Assembly (NCBI GenBank): GCA_013178315.1
Contig: JABLWX010000007.1
Location: 1 to 61,163, forward strand
Length of the DNA: 61,163 bases
Source of the DNA: Candidatus Aminicenantes bacterium
Lineage (GTDB): Bacteria; Acidobacteriota; Aminicenantia; Aminicenantales; Saccharicenantaceae
Reading direction: 5' to 3'
Shown: one piece after another, positions 18,938 to 28,253 of the stretch
How positions within the stretch are numbered: the first letter of the stretch is position 1
Layout: every line of letters begins with the position of its first letter
Notes under the pieces: model-generated
The model's input: the letters and a program-made list of their open reading frames with translations, nothing else
Databases searched by the model: none
What the model was told of the DNA's origin: nothing
Translations under genes and position numbers: made by a program

Positions 18938-19618
18938 ATGAAAAAACTGGCCATCATAGATAACTCCCTCTGGCCGGATAGCTACAACCCGGTTGAAGAC
19001 TGGACGGCCCACATCGACCTCCCGTTCCGCTCTTTCCGGGCGGTGGATGGTTACCTGCCAGACCTGGATGACGGCTATACCCACCTGATTCTTACCGGGT
19101 CGGAGGCTTCCATCGTCAACCTCGAACCGTGGGCGCTGGCCGAGGCCGCCCTGGTTAAAGAAGCTGTTGAAAGGGGACTGGTCGTCCTCGGGAGCTGTTA
19201 CGGGCACCAGCTCCTGGCCCTGGCCCTGGCCGGACCGGCCTGCGTCAGGAGGGCCGAACGTCCGGAGTTGGGCTGGGACGAGGTGGAAATTTTGAAGCCC
19301 GACCCGCTGCTCGGCCCGGCCGGGCGGCTCTATGTCTTTTCTTCTCATTACGATGAAGTTTGTAACCTGGATGAAAGCCGGTTTGAGGTCCTGGCCCGCA
19401 GCCGTTACTGCCAGGTCCAGGCTTTCAGGTTGAAGGGAAAAAATGTCTGGGGACTCCAGGCCCATCCTGAAATTGATCCCGCCTCGGCTACCCGGCTACT
19501 GCGCGGCATGCTGGAAAAAGGCTTTTCCGGGCAGGATCTGATCAGGGAAGCCCTGGACTCAACTCCCCGGGATGACCGCTGGATTGAGGTTATCAGCCGC
19601 AATTTTGTTTCCCTGTAA
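18938..19618 (+). CDS. Class I glutamine amidotransferase-like protein
   Basis: ILTGS, LGSCYGHQ nucleophile elbow, QAHPE. Confidence 0.9.
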   Translation: MKKLAIIDNSLWPDSYNPVEDWTAHIDLPFRSFRAVDGYLPDLDDGYTHLILTGSEASIVNLEPWALAEAALVKEAVERGLVVLGSCYGHQLLALALAGPACVRRAERPELGWDEVEILKPDPLLGPAGRLYVFSSHYDEVCNLDESRFEVLARSRYCQVQAFRLKGKNVWGLQAHPEIDPASATRLLRGMLEKGFSGQDLIREALDSTPRDDRWIEVISRNFVSL

Positions 19619-19644
19619 ATTAAGAGAAAGATACCCGATTTTTC

Positions 19645-19673
19645 TTGACAACCGGGGGATTTTTTTATTAAAT
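19645..19673 (+). promoter_or_regulatory. Probable sigma-70 promoter
   Basis: TTGACA-17nt-TTAAAT. Confidence 0.5.
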
Positions 19674-19711
19674 GAAAGAGCCAGACAATAAATAATAAGG
19701 AGGAAGTGCTG

Positions 19712-21202
19712 ATGAAAATCAGAAAGATGGCAATTTTCATGGTAATCGTTCTGGTCTTGATTTTTACCCTCGAAGCCGCTGCCCAAGCCAAGAAGATCAA
19801 CAATATCGGACAGTATACTTTTGCCAGAGTCAGGGGAAAGATTCCGACCCCGGAAGTCATGAAGATGCTGGTTGACCGCTACGCGGCCGACATCAAGACC
19901 GGGTTCGAACAGGCTGGTTACGGTTCCCTCTACGAACCGTTCATCAACCAGTTGAAGACGGCCCAGTTCGAGGACACCACCTGGAACATCGGTGACACCG
20001 TCAAGTGGATGCTGTTCAGGTCCCACGGCAAGGTGAAAGTTTCCGGAGAGCTGGAGTGGGCCGGAAAGAAACCGGTTGAGGTCTTTGCGGTTAAGGTCAA
20101 GGAAGGTTATAAGACCTACACCTTCATCATCCCCAAGCCCTGCGGCAACATCGCCTTCAAGGACATGGTGGAAGAAATCCCCGAGGCCATCTGCTCCCTG
20201 AAAGTGTCGCCGGCCAAGGCCAACATCAATGACCCCATCACCGTCGACATGAGCGGCACCCAGTTTGCCAAGAGCATGAAGGTCGAGATTTTTGACAAGC
20301 AGGGTGCTAAGGTGGCCAGCAAGGACCTGACCCCCGAGGGAGCCAAGTGGCAGACCAAGCTGGACAAGCCCGGCGAATACATCTTCAAGGGCTCGGCCAT
20401 TAACCTGGCCGGAAAACCGTCGGCCAACCCCTGCGAGGGCAAGGTTTACATCAATTATCCGCCGGTGGCCAAGGTTGTTCCCTCCTGCACCGATTGCACC
20501 AACATGTACGGCAAGCCCCTGACCTTTGACGCTTCCGGCTCTTCCGACCCGGACGGCGAGGTGACCAGGGTGGTTTTTGAGCTCCAGGATGCCAACGGCC
20601 AGGTGATTGACTCTTTCAATGACACCGAGAAGCCCTTTACCTGGGAAAAGACCCTTTACAAGGAAGGGACCTTCACCGTCAGCACTACCGCCTACGATAA
20701 CGACGGCGCCGTTTCCTCGGCCTCCGAAGACTCCAGGAAGTCCTTCACCGTTACCAGGAAGAAGTTCTTCGGATTGATCGAACTCGGCCCGATGCTGGCT
20801 CACGGCGGCGACCAGTACGACCTGCCCAGCTATGCTCTCTACCTGTACCTCAGGCCCGGTTTCTTCTACTGGATCAACCCGGACAAGGTCAGCCTGACCA
20901 TGACCGCCGGTGCCGGCCTGCCACTCAAGGGCGACCCCTGGAAGGCCATCATCATGGGTGAGTTGCTGGCCAATTTCCACTTCGGCAAGGTTTACCTGGG
21001 TATTGGACCCGGCTTTACCACCAAGGAACTGAGCAGCCTTTACAACCGGAAGAGCGGTGTTGATGCCGTCGGCCAGCTCGGAGTTACCCTGTTCAACAAC
21101 TACGTCAGGATGAGCCACCTGTTCTTAGAGTTCAGGGCCCCCATCGGCCGCAACTTCGAAGACCACCACAAGATGGGCCTGGGCTTCAGATACTGCTTCT
21201 AA
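19712..21202 (+). CDS. Exported protein: unknown N-terminal domain, Ig/PKD domains and a probable C-terminal beta-barrel
   Basis: Signal peptide; PLTFDASGSSDPDGEV and TAYDNDGA PKD motifs; amphipathic strands ending LGFRYCF; ATG 8 nt after AGGAGG. Confidence 0.75.
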   Translation: MKIRKMAIFMVIVLVLIFTLEAAAQAKKINNIGQYTFARVRGKIPTPEVMKMLVDRYAADIKTGFEQAGYGSLYEPFINQLKTAQFEDTTWNIGDTVKWMLFRSHGKVKVSGELEWAGKKPVEVFAVKVKEGYKTYTFIIPKPCGNIAFKDMVEEIPEAICSLKVSPAKANINDPITVDMSGTQFAKSMKVEIFDKQGAKVASKDLTPEGAKWQTKLDKPGEYIFKGSAINLAGKPSANPCEGKVYINYPPVAKVVPSCTDCTNMYGKPLTFDASGSSDPDGEVTRVVFELQDANGQVIDSFNDTEKPFTWEKTLYKEGTFTVSTTAYDNDGAVSSASEDSRKSFTVTRKKFFGLIELGPMLAHGGDQYDLPSYALYLYLRPGFFYWINPDKVSLTMTAGAGLPLKGDPWKAIIMGELLANFHFGKVYLGIGPGFTTKELSSLYNRKSGVDAVGQLGVTLFNNYVRMSHLFLEFRAPIGRNFEDHHKMGLGFRYCF

Positions 21203-21220
21203 TACTCGCTCGACATATTG

Positions 21221-21252
21221 AGGGGCGGCCTCGGGCCGCCCCTTTTCTTTTT
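21221..21252 (+). terminator. Intrinsic terminator
   Basis: AGGGGCGGCC-TCG-GGCCGCCCCT followed by a T-tract. Confidence 0.88.
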
Positions 21253-21791
21253 AAAGGCCAGGCCTTATCCAAAGGAATTTATCTGTGGCTTCTGGTCCTT
21301 TTCCTTTAAGCTCGTGGTGATTTAATTCATTTTGAGTGCTGACCGGGTTGCCCCAAAGATCCGGTTGCCATGCTTACCACCAGAAGGGGGAGCAGGCCAC
21401 GAGAAATCCAATTTTCCAAGCTTCCGGGTGTTGCTGACTATCCTTTTTGCTTGATTCCCGCCGGAAAATAAGATGGCCCCACCGGGCGGCCAGCCTGGCA
21501 AGCGACTTTATTCAGCGGGGGTAGCTCTGTCTCCTTCAAGTTTTCTGCTGAGGAATCCGGGCCTGCTGGACTGTAAACAGCCCGGAACGTTTTGAGCTTC
21601 CGGCCGGGGCAACAGACCCGGCCCTCTTTTCCGGGAATAGCAGGCGGTCAGACTCAAGCCTGGTAAGACAGTCCCCTGGTCTTAGCAGGAAGCCGGGGAT
21701 TAATTGGTAAGAAAAGGGCAGCCACCAGTCAAGCTAAATTAAATCAAAAAAAGGCAATACCTGATTATCAAAAAAACAAGGGAGGCGGCGG

Positions 21792-22079
21792 TTATTCGGC
21801 GAGCTTGGTCAGCTTGGAGAGTTCTTCGTTGTAATACTTGCGGTAGAGGATTTCCCACTCCTGGGAACCTTCCTCAATCTGCTTTTTCTGGGCGGCTATC
21901 TTCTCCCTGGCCTTGCGGTCGAGCTGGTCGTAGAGCTTCATCTCCTCTTCGATGGCCCTCTGGATGGTCAGCCGCACCTCGTTGGGCTCGTCCAGGAAAT
22001 CCACCTGGTCGTTCTTGTAGAGAGCCTGCATCAGCAACTTGGACAGGTGATGAATTTTCTCCTTGGACAGCCTGCTCAT
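21792..22079 (-). CDS. DUF507 family protein
   Basis: MSRLSKEKIHHLS, EGSQEWEILYRKYYNEEL. Confidence 0.8.
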   Translation of the reverse strand: MSRLSKEKIHHLSKLLMQALYKNDQVDFLDEPNEVRLTIQRAIEEEMKLYDQLDRKAREKIAAQKKQIEEGSQEWEILYRKYYNEELSKLTKLAE

Positions 22080-22357
22080 CAGATTACGATGTTCCTTTCC
22101 TTGGCCAGTTTGGTCTTGATCATCTTGAACATGGTCTGGTACTCGATGTTACCCTTGCGAATTTCGTCCATGTGCTTGTTAAGGATTTCCCGGACCTCCT
22201 GGTCCAGCTTGTCTTCCTTGACGAACTCTTCGGTGATGAGGTTGATGATTTCTTCCAGCACCCGGGTCTTGTCTTCGACCAGAATTTTCCCCTCTTTTAT
22301 CAGCGCTCTTAATATTACGAATGATAAGTGTTCTATCTGGTTCCTGTTTAGCCTCAT
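22079..22357 (-). CDS. DUF507 family protein
   Basis: MRLNRNQIEHLS, DKLDQEVREIL, MFKMIKTKLAKER. Confidence 0.8.
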   Translation of the reverse strand: MRLNRNQIEHLSFVILRALIKEGKILVEDKTRVLEEIINLITEEFVKEDKLDQEVREILNKHMDEIRKGNIEYQTMFKMIKTKLAKERNIVI

Positions 22358-22452
22358 CGCCTATATAAAATATATCAGCGCCGGTCAAATTTCAAGGACG
22401 GTTGTTAACTTTTTTTGAAATACGGTAAAAAAAATTGACAGTAACGGCCGAT

Positions 22453-23385
22453 TCAGTCCGGAGAACCGGCCGTCAGCACCAGTTCCGGGCGGAAGACCTG
22501 GGTTCCGGCTTCAAACCTGGCCAGGCCGAGCAGCCGGCCGCGGTCTGAAAAAACCCGGAAAATCGAGGGCTCTTGCCGGCGGCTGGAGGCCAGGGAGGCC
22601 CGGCTGACCTGCCTCAGGCTGAACCCGTTGCCGTGGGCAAAGGCCCTGGCTCCCTGTTCATCCAGCCAGATGGCCGGGTAGTCTGGAAGCAGCCTGTCCA
22701 GGGGAATAAGAAACCGGTCATAGGCCTGACTCCGGGACAGCTCTTCTATCGTCTCCAGGCTGAGGGCTTCCTCCTCGGTGTAAAGACCCGAGGCTATCCG
22801 CCTTAGGGCCGAAAGATGGGCCCCGCAACCGAGTTTCTGCCCGAGGTCGTGGGCCAGCGAGCGAATGTAAGTCCCCGAGGAACATTCCACCAGGAACCTG
22901 ATTAGCGGCGGGCTGTAATCCAGGATTAAAAAGCGATGGACCGTGACCTGAACCGGGTTCAGCTCCAGCTTCAGGCCCTTTCTGGCCAGCCTGAAGGCTG
23001 GTTGACCATTGACCTTCTTGGCCGAGTAGGGTGGGGGAAGCTGGCTGATTTCTCCGGAAAAGGTAGAGACCTTCTCCAGCAGTTCCTTTTCTTCCGGGAA
23101 GTCGCGGCTTTCAGGTCCCACCGGCTGCCCCTCGGAATCGTAGGTATCGGTGGCCTGGCCCAGCCTGATTTCCCCGGTATAGGTCTTGTCTGCCCCCGCC
23201 AGGTAGGGGAAAAGACGGGTGGCCTGCCCGACGGTTACCAGCAGCACTCCCGTGGCCAGGGGGTCGAGGGTGCCGGCGTGGCCGATTTTTTTGACCCTGA
23301 GAAATTTTCTTATTTTAAGGACCACATCATGAGAGGTCAGGCCCGCGGGCTTGTCGACGACAATCAGGCCATCCATGGTTGGCAT
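22453..23385 (-). CDS. truB: tRNA pseudouridine(55) synthase
   Basis: VDKPAGLTSHDVV, GHAGTLDPLATGVL, PPYSAKK, CSSGTYIRSL. Confidence 0.96.
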   Translation of the reverse strand: MPTMDGLIVVDKPAGLTSHDVVLKIRKFLRVKKIGHAGTLDPLATGVLLVTVGQATRLFPYLAGADKTYTGEIRLGQATDTYDSEGQPVGPESRDFPEEKELLEKVSTFSGEISQLPPPYSAKKVNGQPAFRLARKGLKLELNPVQVTVHRFLILDYSPPLIRFLVECSSGTYIRSLAHDLGQKLGCGAHLSALRRIASGLYTEEEALSLETIEELSRSQAYDRFLIPLDRLLPDYPAIWLDEQGARAFAHGNGFSLRQVSRASLASSRRQEPSIFRVFSDRGRLLGLARFEAGTQVFRPELVLTAGSPD

Positions 23386-23399
23386 GCTTGAGGCTGCTT

Positions 23400-24377
23400 T
23401 CAGCTCTTGGCCCCGTTCTTCCTGAGTATTTCTTCCACCGCCAGCGAAATCTGGCGCGATAGCTCTTCGTATTCCCCGTGAACGGTAAAGCCGGCGGCAT
23501 GCATGTGACCGCCACCGCCGTAACTTTCGGCCACCAGGGCCGAGTTGGCCTGTCCTTTGGACCTCAGGCTGACCCGGAAGACTCCCGGCTCCATCTCCTT
23601 GAAGAAGATGACCATCTCCACTCCCTTGATCGAGCGGGCGATGGTGGTGATGTCTTCCACGTCGACATCTTTCAACCCCACCTCTTCCAGGTCCCGGCGG
23701 AACATGACCAGCATGGCCAGGTTGCCGGCCGGGTTCGTTCTCAGGCTGGTCAGCACTTTTCCCAGCAGTCGGACCTTGGCCGCGGTGTTGTTGTTGAGCA
23801 GCTTTTCGGCGATGGCATTGGGGTTGGCCCCGGCCTCGGCCAGGCGGTAGCAGGTGTAGAGCGCCCTGGCGCTGGTGTTGGAAAACTGGAAGGAACCGGT
23901 ATCGGAAAAGATGGCCGCGTACAGGAACTCGGCAATCCGAGGAGTGGGCCGAAGCCCCAGCGGTTCCAGCAGCTCGTAGACCATCTCGCCCACGGCCGAA
24001 GCCTCGGGGTCGATCCAGTTGAGGTCGGCGTAGGGAGAGTTGGAATAATGATGGTCGATGTTGATTTTCGGCAGGTGGTCAATTCCGGTCTGGCCGGAGC
24101 GGGAGACGTCCACGCACTCCAGCAGGATTACCAGGTCGAGGCCTTCCGGGTCGACCTGGCCCCTTTTTATCCTGGCCGTTTCCGGGAATTCGTAGAAGGG
24201 GAAGGGCAGGGGGTCGTGGTTGACCACCTGGACTTTTTTTCCCAAAAGGTCCAGCATCTCGGCCAGGGCCAGACTGGTGTAGATGGAGTCACCGTCGGGG
24301 CGGAGGTGGGAAGTGATGGCTATGTGCCGGCTGGCCTGTATTTTCCTGGCTATCTCAAGTTTTATCGTCTGGCTCAT
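23400..24377 (-). CDS. nrnA: DHH/DHHA1 oligoribonuclease / pAp phosphatase (NrnA-like)
   Basis: HLRPDGDS, IDHH, DTGSF, SLRS, GGGHMHAAG. Confidence 0.9.
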   Translation of the reverse strand: MSQTIKLEIARKIQASRHIAITSHLRPDGDSIYTSLALAEMLDLLGKKVQVVNHDPLPFPFYEFPETARIKRGQVDPEGLDLVILLECVDVSRSGQTGIDHLPKINIDHHYSNSPYADLNWIDPEASAVGEMVYELLEPLGLRPTPRIAEFLYAAIFSDTGSFQFSNTSARALYTCYRLAEAGANPNAIAEKLLNNNTAAKVRLLGKVLTSLRTNPAGNLAMLVMFRRDLEEVGLKDVDVEDITTIARSIKGVEMVIFFKEMEPGVFRVSLRSKGQANSALVAESYGGGGHMHAAGFTVHGEYEELSRQISLAVEEILRKNGAKS

Positions 24378-24720
24378 TTTCTTTCAGCGAGTCGAGCAGG
24401 CGGTCGATTCTTTCTTCGTAATCGGCCGTGAGGTCAAGAGCAAAAATTAGCTCTGGATTATATCTTAAATTCAACCTGCTCGCAAGAAGCCGGCGGAAGT
24501 GCGGGGTTCTCTTCTGAAGAAGTTTCAGGATGGGTTCCCTTTTCTCTTTCTGCAGGACGGAAACCGAGATGCGAGCCGTCTTCAGGTCGGGCGGCATCTC
24601 CACCCCGGTCACCGTCAGGAAGCCGGTCATCTCGGGCAGCTCGCTGATCAGCAGGCGGCTGATTTCCTGCAGGATAAGCTGGCTGACTCTTTTCGGGCGG
24701 TAGGAACCTTCAGCGGGCAT
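24355..24720 (-). CDS. rbfA: Ribosome-binding factor A
   Basis: YRPKRVSQLI, VTGVEMPPDLKTA, LRYNPELIF..D. Confidence 0.92.
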   Translation of the reverse strand: MPAEGSYRPKRVSQLILQEISRLLISELPEMTGFLTVTGVEMPPDLKTARISVSVLQKEKREPILKLLQKRTPHFRRLLASRLNLRYNPELIFALDLTADYEERIDRLLDSLKENEPDDKT

Positions 24721-24732
24721 GTCTTTTTCCCG

Positions 24733-25014
24733 TCAGTAATAATTAAGCTGGTGGCCTGAGAGCAGGGCTTCAGAAGTGGTTTGGGCCTCTTCCAGCACCC
24801 GGCCCAGGACCTGCTGCACCACGGACTGCTGGCTGTTGACCGTGACCACGGCCAGCACCGTCCGCTGCCAGCTTTCCTGGAAGGCGATTTCTGAGACCGA
24901 AACGTTGTAGCGGTGCTTCAGGCGGTCGGTAAAGCTGTTGATGAAGCGGCGCTTTTCCTTCAGGGAATGAGAATATTCCAGGAAAAACTCCAGGGTCAAA
25001 ACACCGACTATCAT
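24733..25014 (-). CDS. DUF503 family protein
   Basis: MIVGVL..SHSLKEKRR..NVSVSEI; located between infB and rbfA. Confidence 0.88.
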   Translation of the reverse strand: MIVGVLTLEFFLEYSHSLKEKRRFINSFTDRLKHRYNVSVSEIAFQESWQRTVLAVVTVNSQQSVVQQVLGRVLEEAQTTSEALLSGHQLNYY

Positions 25015-25025
25015 TGGCTGGCCCC

Positions 25026-27125
25026 TTACTCGGGCCTGACTTTTTCCCGGACGAAGGCTTCGATGACGTCGCCCGGTTGGACCGGGTCGGCCTTCTCCAG
25101 CCCGATGCCGCACTCATAGCCCTTGATGACCTCGGTCACGCTGTCTTTGAGGTGCTTGAGGGAAGAGATCCTGGTCTGATAAAGAACTTCGTTCCCGCGG
25201 ATGACCCGGGCCTCGGCGTTCCTGACAATTTTGCCGTCAGTGACCTGGCAACCGAGGACCGTACCCACCCGGGCTATCTGGAAAATCTTCTTGACCTGGG
25301 CCCGGCCGAGAACGGTTTCCCTGACCACCGGCTCCAGCATTCCGGCCACGGCTTTCTTCAGGTCGTCGGTGAGCTGGTAAATGATCCGGTAGAGGCGGAT
25401 TTCCACCTTTTCGTTCTGGGCCAGCTCCTGGATCTTGGACGGAACCTTGACGTTGTAGCCAATGATGATGGCCCCCGAAGCTGAAGCCAGAATAACGTCG
25501 GCCTCGGTCACGTTGCCGGTCGAGGCCTGAAGGATGTTGACCTTGACCTGGTCGGTGCTGAGGGTCGGCAGCAATCCCCTGAGCACTTCAACCGAACCGT
25601 GGACGTCGGCCTTGATAATGACCGGGAGTTCCTTGGTCTGGCCCTTTTCAATTTTCTTGAACAGGTCTTCCAGGGTCAGGGGGACTTCCTTGGCCTGGGG
25701 AGTTTTCTTGGTCCGGGCGATCCGGAATTCGCAGATGCGGCGGGCGATTTCCAGGTCTGGCACCACCTGGAAGAAATTTCCGGCCTCGGGCACCTGGTCA
25801 AAGCCCAGGACCTCGACCGGGGTGGATGGCCCGGCGCTCTTGACCGGCTTACCCCACTCGTCGAACAGGGCCCGGGCCTTGCCGTAGGTCAAACCGCAGA
25901 TAAATGCCTGGCCGGGGGTGAGTGTGCCCAGCTGGACGATGACCGTGCCCACCGGGCCTTTCTGGGGGTCAAGCCTGGATTCGAGGATAACGCCCTGGGC
26001 CGGGACGTAGGGATGGGACTTGAGCTCCAGGATGTCACCGAGCAGCAGGACCATTTCCAGCAGCTCGTCTATGTTCTTTTTTTCCTTGGCCGAGATTTCC
26101 ACACAGATGGTCTTACCGCCCCACTCTTCCACGATCAGCCCTTCCTTGGCCAGCTGTTGCTTGACCCGCTCCGGGTTGGCCTCGGGCTTGTCTATTTTGT
26201 TGATGGCCACGATGATGGGCACGTTGGCCGCCTGGGCATGGCTGATGGCTTCTTTTGTCTGGGGCATGACCCCGTCGTCGGCGGCCACCACCAGGATGAC
26301 GATGTCGGTGAGCTGGGCTCCGCGGGCCCGGAGCTGGGTGAAAGCCTCGTGACCCGGGGTGTCGATGAAGGTGATGTAACGGTTCTTGTAATTGACACGG
26401 TAGGCTCCGATGTGCTGGGTGATGCCGCCCGCTTCCCGCTCGGCGATGTTGGAGGACCTGATAGCATCCAGCAGGGTGGTCTTGCCGTGGTCGACGTGGC
26501 CCATGATGGTTACCACCGGAGGCCTGGTTACCAGGTCGTCTTTTAAGCTGAAGGCCAGCTTCCTGATGTCCTGTTCTAAGGAGACCATTTCCAGGTCAAC
26601 CTTGATAATCCTGGAGATGGCCTGAAGCAGCGATTCATCGATCAGGTCCGAGGCAGCGGCGTCATAACCGGCGGCCTGGAGATGGTCTATCAGGTCTTTG
26701 GGTTTTATCTTGAAGCGCTCGGCCAGGTCCTTAACCGTCATGCCTTCCTGGATCTGGATTTTTGGCCGCGGCCTGGGAGCGGCCGGAGCCTTGGAGGCTG
26801 CCGGTTTAGCTGCCGGGGTTTTACTTACAGGTTGGGCTTTGGGTTCGGTTGCCGGCCCGGGCTGAGCCTGTGGCCTGGCTGCGGCTGGCTGGGGCCCGGT
26901 CGTTGCCGGTTGGGCTTTACCCGCGGTGGAAGTTTTGGCTTCCTGAGCAGTCCTGGCAGCGGGAGCGGCCGGAGCTTTGCTTTCGAGCGGAGCCTTTTTT
27001 GTGGCCGGGGTTTTTTCGGCGGGGGCAGCTTTGCCTTCGCCCGTGGTTGCGGCCGGTTTTTTTTGGGCTTCGGCCTCTTTCTCGGCTTTGCCCTTGACGG
27101 TGGTTTTGGTCTTGGTTTTGTCCAT
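25026..27125 (-). CDS. infB: Translation initiation factor IF-2
   Basis: [34 protein letters not shown]. Confidence 0.98.
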   Translation of the reverse strand: MDKTKTKTTVKGKAEKEAEAQKKPAATTGEGKAAPAEKTPATKKAPLESKAPAAPAARTAQEAKTSTAGKAQPATTGPQPAAARPQAQPGPATEPKAQPVSKTPAAKPAASKAPAAPRPRPKIQIQEGMTVKDLAERFKIKPKDLIDHLQAAGYDAAASDLIDESLLQAISRIIKVDLEMVSLEQDIRKLAFSLKDDLVTRPPVVTIMGHVDHGKTTLLDAIRSSNIAEREAGGITQHIGAYRVNYKNRYITFIDTPGHEAFTQLRARGAQLTDIVILVVAADDGVMPQTKEAISHAQAANVPIIVAINKIDKPEANPERVKQQLAKEGLIVEEWGGKTICVEISAKEKKNIDELLEMVLLLGDILELKSHPYVPAQGVILESRLDPQKGPVGTVIVQLGTLTPGQAFICGLTYGKARALFDEWGKPVKSAGPSTPVEVLGFDQVPEAGNFFQVVPDLEIARRICEFRIARTKKTPQAKEVPLTLEDLFKKIEKGQTKELPVIIKADVHGSVEVLRGLLPTLSTDQVKVNILQASTGNVTEADVILASASGAIIIGYNVKVPSKIQELAQNEKVEIRLYRIIYQLTDDLKKAVAGMLEPVVRETVLGRAQVKKIFQIARVGTVLGCQVTDGKIVRNAEARVIRGNEVLYQTRISSLKHLKDSVTEVIKGYECGIGLEKADPVQPGDVIEAFVREKVRPE

Positions 27126-27145
27126 AGTCTATTCTTTAAGCTTTC

Positions 27146-28171
27146 TTATTCCTGGATTATTGAAATTTTCCAGCCGACCAGCTTGCTGGCCAGCCTGACG
27201 TTTATGCCCTTCTTGCCAATGGCCAGGGAGAACTGTTCTTTGTCAACGCGGGCTTCCATTTCCTTGGCCTGCTTGTCGGTGATCACGATTTTATTTATCC
27301 GGGCCGGGCTCAGGGCGAACTTGGCGTAGACCTGAGGGTCAGCCGCCCATTCGATTATATCAATTTTCTCCCCGCCCAGCTCCTTGCTGATGGCCAGGAT
27401 GCGGTTGCCCTTGACCCCGATGCAGGCCCCGACCGGGTCGATATCCCTGTCCTGGCTGGCCACGGCCACCTTGGCCCTTTCTCCCGGCTGGCGGACCACG
27501 TCCTTGACCTTGATCGTCCCGGAGGCTATCTCCGGGATTTCCAGCTCCAGCAGTTTCAACAGGAAACGGGGGGAAGTCCGCGAAAGCTGAACCTGGGGGC
27601 CGCGGACGTTTTTCTGCACCTGGGTGATGACGGCCTTGACCAGGTCGCCCGGCCGGAAATCATCGCCCGGGAGCTTATCCTTGTCCGGCAGAAAAACTTC
27701 GGCCCGGTTGACTTCGAGCACCGTGCCGTTATTCTCGAATCGCCTGACCACACCGGTTACGATTTCGCCCATCCGGGGGGCGAATTCCTCGTAAACTTTT
27801 TCCTGCTCGGCGTCTCGCACCTTCTGGAAAATAACCTGCTTGGCGGCCTGGGCGGCGATGCGGCCCAGGGTCTCGGCCGGAAGCTCTATCTCAATCTCTT
27901 TTCCGAGTCCGGCCGTCGGGTCATGAAGGACGGCTTCATCCTGTGAAATTTCCCTGGCCGGGTCGGTCACCTCTTCCACCACTTTCTTGACGGCATAGAC
28001 CCGGAGTTCGCTCTTTTCCGGCTTGAAGTCGACGATTATTTCCTCACCCCTGTTAAAGAACTTGGTGGCGGCTATGCGCAGTGATTCTTCTATGGCCTTG
28101 ATGATGACCCGGGGCTGGACACCACGCTCCTTGCTGAGCTGGTTGATGGTACTCCAAACGTTGACTTTCAT
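27146..28171 (-). CDS. nusA: Transcription factor NusA
   Basis: GRIAAQAAKQVI, LEIPEIASG, VRQPGERAKVAV, DPVGACIG, LAIGKKGINVRLA. Confidence 0.96.
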   Translation of the reverse strand: MKVNVWSTINQLSKERGVQPRVIIKAIEESLRIAATKFFNRGEEIIVDFKPEKSELRVYAVKKVVEEVTDPAREISQDEAVLHDPTAGLGKEIEIELPAETLGRIAAQAAKQVIFQKVRDAEQEKVYEEFAPRMGEIVTGVVRRFENNGTVLEVNRAEVFLPDKDKLPGDDFRPGDLVKAVITQVQKNVRGPQVQLSRTSPRFLLKLLELEIPEIASGTIKVKDVVRQPGERAKVAVASQDRDIDPVGACIGVKGNRILAISKELGGEKIDIIEWAADPQVYAKFALSPARINKIVITDKQAKEMEARVDKEQFSLAIGKKGINVRLASKLVGWKISIIQE

Positions 28172-28209
28172 TACCAGGTTTATCCTTCACCCGCATAAAA
28201 CGGATATGA

Positions 28210-28238
28210 ATTATATCTTAAAAGGGTAAAGGTTGCAA
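28210..28238 (-). promoter_or_regulatory. Sigma-70 promoter of the nusA operon
   Basis: Minus strand TTGCAA-17nt-TATAAT. Confidence 0.75.
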
Positions 28239-28253
28239 TTGAACCAGGAACGG

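Noticed and set aside
19559-21118. 519-aa antisense ORF over the PKD protein, and similar shadows elsewhere (10608-11786, 16663-17838, 28233-29375, 39504-40586)
   Set aside because: Fully overlap well-supported genes on the opposite strand and are typical of high-GC3 DNA.
26750-27125. Low-complexity Ala/Pro/Lys N-terminus of IF-2
   Set aside because: Variable disordered N-termini are normal for IF-2, and no DNA-level tandem repeat was seen.
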